Positions 55,961 through 64,000 of a stretch of 64,000 nucleotides of DNA are shown piece by piece. The stretch's first letter is position 1. Each line of letters begins with the position of its first letter. The position numbers and the translations under genes were made by a program. Under the pieces are notes generated by a model. That model was not told the DNA's origin. It saw only the letters and a program-made list of their open reading frames with translations, and did no database searches. This stretch comes from the human T2T-CHM13v2.0 reference genome, Homo sapiens. The DNA lies in assembly GCF_009914755.1 (NCBI RefSeq), contig NC_060929.1, one strand, 5' to 3'.

Positions 55961-58900
55961 ATTCTCAGAAACTCCTTTGTGATGTGTACGTTCAACTCAC
56001 AGAGTTTAACCTGTCTTTTCATAGAGCAGTTAGGAAACACTCTGTTTGTAAAGTCTGCAAGTGGATATTGAGACCTCTTTGAGGCCTTCGTTGGAAACGG
56101 GTTTTTTTCATATAAGGCTAGACAGAAGGATTCCCAGTAACTTCCTTGTGTTGTGTGTGTTCAACTCACAGAGTTGAACTTTCATTTACAAAGAGCATAT
56201 TTGAAACACTCTTTTTGTGGAATTTGCAAGTGGAGATTTCAAGCGCTTTGAGGCCAAAGGCAGAAAAGGAAATATCTTCGTATAAAAACTAGACAGAATC
56301 ATTCTCAGAAACTGTTCTGCGATGTGTGCGTTCAACTCTCAGAGTTTAACTTTTCTTTTCATTCAGCAGTTTGGAAACACTCTGTTTGTAAAGTCTGCAC
56401 GTGGATAATTTGACCACTTAGAGGCCTTCGTTGGAAACGGGTTTTTTTCATGTAAGGCTAGACAGAAGAATTCTCAGTAACTTCCTTGTGTTGTGTGTAT
56501 TCAACTCACAGAGTTGAACGATCCTTTACACAGAGCAGACTTGTAACACTCTTTTTGTGGAATTTGCAAGTGGAGATTTCAGCCGCTTTGAAGTCAAAGG
56601 TAGAAAAGGAAATATCTTCCTATAAAAACTAGACAGAATGATTCTCAGAAACTCCTTTGTGATGTGTGCATTCAACTCACAGAGTTTAACCTTTCTTTTC
56701 ATAGAGCAGTTAGGAAACACTCTGCTTGTAAAGTCTGCAAGTGGATATTCAGCCCTCTTTGAGGCCTTCGTTGGAAACGGGTTTTTTTCATATAAGGCTA
56801 GACAGAAGAATTCCCAGTAACTTCCTTGTGTTGTGTGTGTTCAACTCACAGAGTTGAACTTTCATTTACACAGAGCAGATTTGAAACACTCTTTTTGTGG
56901 AATTTGCAAGTGGAGATTTCAAGCGCTTTGAGGCCAAAGGCAGAAAAGGAAATATCTTCGTATAAAAACTAGACAGAATCATTCTCAGAAACTGCTCTGT
57001 GATGTGTGCGTTCAACTCTCAGAGTTTAACTTTTCTTTTCATTCAGCAGTTTGGAAACACTCTGTTTGTAAAGTCTGCACGTGGATATTTTGACCACTTA
57101 GAGGCCTTCGTTGGAAACGGGTTTTTTTCCTGTAAGGCTAGACAGAAGAATTCCCAGTAACTTCCTTGTGTTGTGTACATTCAACTCACAGAGTTGAACG
57201 TTCCCTTAGACAGAGCAGATTTGAAACACTCTTTTTGTGCAATTGGCAAGTGGAGATTTCAAGCGCTTTAAGGTCAATGGCAGAAAAGGAAATATCTTCG
57301 TTTCAAAACTAGACAGAATCATTCCCACAAACTGCGTTGTGATGTGTTCGTTCATCTCACAGAGTTTAACCTTTCTTTTCATAGAGCAGTTAGGAAACAG
57401 TCTGTTTGTAAATTCTGTAAGTGGATATTCTGACATCTTGTGGCCTTCGTTGGAAACGGGATTTCTTCATATTCTGCTAGACAGAAGAATTCTCAGAATC
57501 TTCCTTGTGTTGTGTGTATTCAACTCACAGAGTTGAACGATGGTTTACACAGAGCAGATTTGAAACACTCTTTTTGTGGAATTTGCAAGTGGAGATTTCA
57601 GCCGCTTTGAGGTCAATGGTAGAAAAGGAAATATCTTCGTATAAAAACTAGACAGAATGATTCTCAGAAACTTCTTTGTGATGTGTGCGTTCAACTCACA
57701 GAGTTTAACCTTTCTTTTCATAGAGCAGTTAGGAAACACTCTGTTTGTAAACTCTGCAAGTGGATATTCAGACCTCTTTGAGGCCTTCGTTGGAAACGGG
57801 ATTTCTTCATACTGTGCTAGACAGAAGAATTCTCAGTAACTTCCTTGTGTTGTGTGTATTCAACTCACACAGTTGAACGATCCTTTACACAAAGCAGACT
57901 TGTAACACTCTTTTTGTGGAATTTGCAAGTGGAGATTTCAGCCGCTTTGAAGTCAAATGTAGAAAAGGAAATATCTTCCTATAAAAACTAGACAGAATGA
58001 TTCTCAGAAACTCCTTTGTGATGTGTGCGTTCAACTCACAGAGTTTAACCTTTCTTTTCATAGAGCAGTTAGGAAACACTCTGTTTGTAAAGTCTGCAAG
58101 TGGATATTCAGACCTGTTTGAGGCCTTCGTTGGAAACGGGTTTTTTTCATATAAGGCTAGACAGAAGAATTCCCAGTAACTTCCTTGTGTTGTGTGTGTT
58201 CAACTCACAGAGTTGAACTTTCATTTACACAGAGCAGATTTGAAACACTCTTTTTGTGGAATTTGCAAGTGGAGATTTCAAGCGCTTTGAGGCCAAAGGC
58301 AGAAAAGGAAATATCTTCGTATAAAAACTAGACAGAATCATTCTCAGAAACTGCTCTGTGATGTGTGCGTTCAACTCTCAGAGTTTAACTTTTCTTTTCA
58401 TTCAGCAGTTTGGAAACACTCTGTTTGTAAAGTCTGCACGTGGATAATTTGACCACTTAGAGGCCTTCGTTGGAAACGGGTTTTTTTCATGTAAGGCTAG
58501 ACAGAAGAGTTCTCAGTAACTTCCTTGTGTTGTGTGTATTCAACTCACACAGTTGAACGATCCTTTACAGAGAGCAGACTTGTAACACTCTTTTTGTGGA
58601 ATTTGCAAGTGGAGATTTCAGCCGCTTTGAAGTCAAAGTAGAAAAGGAAATATCTTCCTATAAAAACTAGACAGAATGATTCTCAGAAACTCCTTTGTGA
58701 TGTGTGCGTTCAACTCACAGAGTTTAACCTTTCTTTTCATAGAGCAGTTAGGAAACACTCTGTTTGTAAAGTCTGCAAGTGGATATTCAGACCTCTTTGA
58801 GGCCTTCGTTGGAAACGGGTTTTTTTCATATAAGGCTAGACAGAAGAATTCCCAGTAACTTCCTTGTGTTGTGTGTGTTCAACTCACAGAGTTGAACTTT

Positions 58901-61900
58901 CATTTACACAGAGCAGATTTGAAACACTCTTTTTGTGGAATTTGCAAGTGGAGATTTCAAGCGCTTTGAGGCCAAAGGCAGAAAAGGAAATATCTTCGTA
59001 TAAAAACTAGACAGAATCATTCTCAGAAACTGCTCTGCGATGTGTGCGTTCAACTCTCAGAGTTTAACTTTTCTTTTCATTCAGCAGTTTGGAAACACTC
59101 TGTTTGTAAAGTCTGCACGTGGATAATTTGACCACTTAGAGGCCTTCGTTGGAAACGGGTTTTTTTCATGTAAGGCTAGACAGAAGAATTCTCAGTAACT
59201 TCCTTGTGTTGTGTGTATTCAACTCACAGAGTTGAACGATCCTTTACACAGAGCAGACTTGTAACACTCTTTTTGTGGAATTTGCAAGTGGAGATTTCAG
59301 CCGCTTTGAAGTCAAAGGTAGAAAAGGAAATATCTTCCTATAAAAACTAGACAGAATGATTCTCAGAAACTCCTTTGTGATGTGTGCGTTCAACTCACAG
59401 AGTTTAACCTTTCTTTTAATAGAGCAGTTAGGAAACACTCTGCTTGTAAAGTCTGCAAGTGGATATTCAGCCCTCTTTGAGGCCTTCGTTGGAAACGGGT
59501 TTTTTTCATATAAGGCTAGACAGAAGAATTCCCAGTAACTTCCTTGTGTTGTGTGTGTTCAACTCACAGAGTTGAACTTTGATTTACACAGAGCAGATTT
59601 GAAACACTCTTTTTGTGGAATTTGCAAGTGGAGATTTCAAGCGCTTTGTGGCCAAAGGCAGAAAAGGAAATATCTTCGTATAAAAACTAGACAGAATCAT
59701 TCTCAGAAACTGCTCTGCGATGTGTGCGTTCAACTCTCAGAGTTTAACTTTTCTTTTCATTCAGCAGTTTGGAAACACTCTGTTTGTAAAGTCTGCACGT
59801 GGATATTTTGACCACTTAGAGGCCTTCGTTGGAAACGGGTTTTTTTCCTGTAAGGCTAGACAGAAGAATTCCCAGTAACTTCCTTGTGTTGTATACATTC
59901 AACTCACAGAGTTGAACGTTCCCTTAGACAGAGCAGATTTGAAACACTCTTTTTGTGCAATTGGCAAGTGGAGATTTCAAGCGCTTTGAGGTCAATGGCA
60001 GAAAAGGAAATATCTTCGTTTCAAAACTAGACAGAATCATTCCCACAAACTGCGTTGTGATGTGTTCGTTCAACTCACAGAGTTTAACCTTTCTTTTCAT
60101 AGAGCAGTTAGGAAACAGTCTGTTTGAAAATTCTGTAAGTGGATATTCTGACATCTTGTGGCCTTCGTTGGAAACGGGATTTCTTCATATTCTGCTAGAC
60201 AGAAGAAATCTCAGAATCTTCCTTGTGTTGTGTGTATTCAACTCACAGAGTTGAACGATAGTTTACACAGAGCAGATTTGAAACACTCATTTGGTGGAAT
60301 TTGCAAGTGGAGATTTCAGCCGCTTTGAGGTCAATGGTAGAAAAGGAAATATCTTCGTATAACAACTAGACAGAATGATTCTCAGAAACTTCTTTGTGAT
60401 GTGTGTGTTCAACTCACAGTGTTTAACCTTTCTTTTCATAGAGCAGTTAGGAAACACTGTGTTTTTAAACTCTGCAAGTGGATATTCAGACCTCTTTGAG
60501 GCCTTCGTTGGAAACGGGTTTCTTCATACTGTGCTAGACAGAAGAATTCTCAGTAACTTCCTTGTGTTGTGTGTATTCAACTCACAGAGTTGAACGATCC
60601 TTTACACAGAGCAGACTTGAAACACTCTTTTTGTGGAATTTGCAAGTGGAGATTTCAGCCGCGTTGAGGTCAATGGTAGAAAAGGAAATATCTTCGTATA
60701 AAAACTAGACAGAATGATTCTCAGAAACTCCTTTGTGATGTGTGTGTTCAACTCACAGAGTTTAACATTTCTTTTCATAGAGCAGTTAGGAAACACTCTG
60801 TTTGTAAAGTCTGCAAGTGGATATTCAGACCTCTTTGAGGCCTTCGTTGGAAACGGGTTTTTTTCATATAAGGCTAGACAGAAGAATTCCCAGTAACTTC
60901 CTTGTGTTGTGTGTGTTCAACTCACAGAGTTGAACTTTCATTTACACAGAGCAGATTTGAAACACTCTTTTTGTGGAATTTGCAGGTGGAGATTTCAAGT
61001 GCTTTGAGGCCAAAGGCAGAAAAGGAAATATCTTCGTATAAAAACTAGACAGAATCATTCTCAGAAACTGCTCTGCGATGTGTGCGTTCAACTCTCAGAG
61101 TTTAAGTTTTCTTATCATTCAGCAGTTTGGAAACACTCTGTTTGTAAAGTCTGCACGTGGATAATTTGACCACTTAGAGGCCTTCCTTGGAAACGGGTTT
61201 TTTTCATGTAAGGCTAGACAGAAGAATTCTCAGTAACTTCCTTGTGTTGTGTGTATTCAACTCACAGAGTTGAACGATCCTTTACACAGAGCAGACTTGT
61301 AACACTCTTTTTGTGGAATTTGCAAGTGGAGATTTCAGCCGCTTTGAAGTCAAAGGTAGAAAAGGAAATATCTTCCTATAAAAACTAGACAGAATGATTC
61401 TCAGAAACTCCTTTGTGATGTGTACGTTCAACTCACAGAGTTTAACCTGTCTTTTCATAGAGCAGTTAGGAAACACTCTGTTTGTAAAGTCTGCAAGTGG
61501 ATATTGAGACCTCTTTGAGGCCTTCGTTGGAAACGGGTTTTTTTCATATAAGGCTAGACAGAAGGATTCCCAGTAACTTCCTTGTGTTGTGTGTGTTCAA
61601 CTCACAGAGTTGAACTTTCATTTACAAAGAGCATATTTGAAACACTCTTTTTGTGGAATTTGCAAGTGGAGATTTCAAGCGCTTTGAGGCCAAAGGCAGA
61701 AAAGGAAATATCTTCGTATAAAAACTAGACAGAATCGTTCTCAGAAACTGCTCTGCGATGTGTGCGTTCAACTCTCAGAGTTTAACTTTTCTTTTCATTC
61801 AGCAGTTTGGAAACACTCTGTTTGTAAAGTCTGCACGTGGATAATTTGACCACTTAGAGGCCTTCGTTGGAAACGGGTTTTTTTCATGTAAGGCTAGACA

Positions 61901-64000
61901 GAAGAATTCTCAGTAACTTCCTTGTGTTGTGTGTATTCAACTCACAGAGTTGAACGATCCTTTCCACAGAGCAGACTTGTAACACTCTTTTTGTGGAATT
62001 TGCAAGTGGAGATTTCAGCCGCTTTGAAGTCAAAGGTAGAAAAGGAAATATCTTCCTATAAAAACTAGACAGAATGATTCTCAGAAACTCCTTTGTGATG
62101 TGTGCATTCAACTCACAGAGTTTAACCTTTCTTTTCATAGAGCAGTTAGGAAACACTCTGCTTGTAAAGTCTGCAAGTGGATATTCAGCCCTCTTTGAGG
62201 CCTTCGTTGGAAACGGGTTTTTTTCATATAAGGCTAGACAGAAGAATTCCCAGTAACTTCCTTGTGTTGTGTGTGTTCAACTCACAGAGTTGAACTTTCA
62301 TTTACACAGAGCAGATTTGAAACACTCTTTTTGTGGAATTTGCAAGTGGAGATTTCAAGCGCTTTGAGGCCAAAGGCAGAAAAGGAAATATCTTCGTATA
62401 AAAACTAGACAGAATCATTCTCAGAAACTGCTCTGCGATGTGTGCGTTCAACTCTCAGAGTTTAACTTTTCTTTTCATTCAGCAGTTTGGAAACACTCTG
62501 TTTGTAAAGTCTGCACGTGGATATTTTGACCACTTAGAGGCCTTCGTTGGAAACGGGTTTTTTTCCTGTAAGGCTAGACAGAAGAATTCCCAGTAACTTC
62601 CTTGTGTTGTGTACATTCAACTCACAGAGTTGAACGTTCCCTTAGACAGAGCAGATTTGAAACACTCTTTTTGTGCAATTGGCAAGTGGAGATTTCAAGC
62701 GCTTTAAGGTCAATGGCAGAAAAGGAAATATCTTCGTTTCAAAACTAGACAGAATCATTCCCACAAACTGCGTTGTGATGTGTTCGTTCATCTCACAGAG
62801 TTTAACCTTTCTTTTCATAGAGCAGTTAGGAAACAGTCTGTTTGTAAATTCTGTAAGTGGATATTCTGACATCTTGTGGCCTTCGTTGGAAACGGGATTT
62901 CTTCATATTCTGCTAGACAGAAGAATTCTCAGAATCTTCCTTGTGTTGTGTGTATTCAACTCACAGAGTTGAACGATGGTTTACACAGAGCAGATTTGAA
63001 ACACTCTTTTTGTGGAATTTGCAAGTGGAGATTTCAGCCGCTTTGAGGTCAATGGTAGAAAAGGAAATATCTTCGTATAAAAACTAGACAGAATGATTCT
63101 CAGAAACTTCTTTGTGATGTGTGCGTTCAACTCACAGAGTTTAACCTTTCTTTTCATAGAGCAGTTAGGAAACACTCTGTTTGTAAACTCTGCAAGTGGA
63201 TATTCAGACCTCTTTGAGGCCTTCGTTGGAAACGGGATTTCTTCATACTGTGCTAGACAGAAGAATTCTCAGTAACTTCCTTGTGTTGTGTGTATTCAAC
63301 TCACAGAGTTGACCGATCCTTTACACAGAGCAGACTTGTAACACTCTTTTTGTGGAATTTGCAAGTGGAGATTTCAGCCGCTTTGAAGTCAAAGGTAGAA
63401 AAGGGAATATCTTCCTATAAAAACTAGACAGAATGATTCTCAGAAACTCCTTTGTGATGTGTGCGTTCAACTCACAGAGTTTAACCTTTCTTTTCATAGA
63501 GCAGTTAGGAAACACTCTGTTTCTAAAGTCTGCAAGTGGATATTCAGACCTCTTTGAGGCCTTCGTTGGAAACGGGTTTTTTTCATATAAGGCTAGAGAG
63601 AAGAATTCCCAGTAACTTCCTTGTGTTGTGTGTGTTCAACTCACAGAGTTGAACTTTCATTTACACAGAGCAGATTTGAAACACTCTTTTTGTGGAATTT
63701 GCAAGTGGAGATTTCAAGCGCTGTGAGGCCAAAGGCAGAAAAGGAAATATCTTCGTATAAAAACTAGACAGAATCGTTCTCAGAAACTGCTCTGCGATGT
63801 GTGCGTTCAACTCTCAGAGTTTAACTTTTCTTTTCATTCAGCAGTTTGGAAACACTCTGTTTGTAAAGTCTGCACGTGGATAATTTGACCACTTAGAGGC
63901 CTTCGTTGGAAACGGGTTTTTTTCATGTAAGGCTAGACAGAAGAATTCTCAGTAACTTCCTTGTGTTGTGTGTATTCAACTCACACAGTTGAACGATCCT

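Larger units (their letters stand above)
32..63917 (+). promoter_or_regulatory. CENP-B boxes (CTTCGTTGGAAACGGG[A/T]), one per dimer; about 189 sites, of which 5 seen to be mutated
   Basis: The 17-bp motif occurs at 32-48, 372, 712, 1052, 1392, 1731 ... 63901-63917 and matches the NTTCGNNNNANNCGGGN core. The count is derived from dimer arithmetic (5+181+3). Confidence 0.95.
1..64000 (+). repeat. Alpha-satellite (alphoid) centromeric higher-order repeat array, SF1 dimeric type; probably the live chr1/5/19 array (D1Z7/D5Z2/D19Z3 = S1C1/5/19H1L)
   Basis: Continuous ~170-bp monomer and ~340-bp dimer periodicity (e.g. MILRN ORF starts at 244, 924, 1943, 2283). Typical alphoid motifs (cattctcagaaact, ttcaactcacagagtt, gaaacactcttttt, tgcaagtggatatt). 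CENP-B box in every second monomer, EcoRI gaattc about every 340 bp (first at 74-79), and very high identity between HOR copies. Alpha-satellite identity is certain; the chr1/5/19 assignment is from recalled sequence, not an alignment. Confidence 0.97.

Noticed and set aside
132-63615. About 190 short ORFs (60-105 aa; MILRN..., MFPNC..., MQLAS...) on both strands
   Set aside because: They recur with the satellite period, overlap on opposite strands, are opened and closed by random SNVs and indels, and show no recognisable domain. They are translation artefacts of alpha satellite.
32-63917. CRISPR-like pattern of a conserved motif or palindrome at regular spacing
   Set aside because: The intervening sequences are themselves near-identical repeats rather than unique spacers, the period is 170/340 bp, and there are no cas genes.
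1-64000. Transposon (L1/Alu) insertion or inversion within the array
   Set aside because: No non-alphoid sequence, poly(A) tail or strand switch was seen; all CENP-B boxes read on the + strand.
1-64000. Assignment to a specific chromosome (1, 5 or 19) or to the CENP-A/kinetochore domain
   Set aside because: This needs alignment to T2T assemblies and epigenomic data, and cannot be determined by eye.

Overview
The whole 64 kb window is one uninterrupted, head-to-tail array of primate (human-type) centromeric alpha-satellite DNA. It has ~170-bp monomers arranged as ~340-bp dimers: one monomer carries a CENP-B box, the other a pJalpha-like box, and there is an EcoRI site in most dimers. This is suprachromosomal family 1 (J1/J2) organisation, and from recall it matches the active array shared by human chromosomes 1, 5 and 19 (D1Z7/D5Z2/D19Z3, S1C1/5/19H1L); I cannot assign the chromosome. 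I see no genes, RNA genes, transposons or CRISPR arrays, and all listed ORFs are by-products of the repeat. The information is in the higher-order structure. Four dimer types, which I label A, B, C and D, build A-B-(C-D)n units. A marker dimer at 22 positions delimits 21 complete units: eleven 16-mers (~2718 bp), eight 20-mers (~3393-3399 bp), one 14-mer and one 10-mer. Two HOR haplotypes are interleaved, and there are nested duplications (2.4, 3.4, 4.4, 6.1, 9.5 and 16.6 kb offsets, plus possible ~31 and ~63 kb echoes), chimeric dimers at recombination junctions, and a small lineage of inactivated CENP-B boxes. I found no evidence of a new gene-encoded system. All comparisons were made by eye and with the ORF-track coordinates, so block boundaries are approximate.
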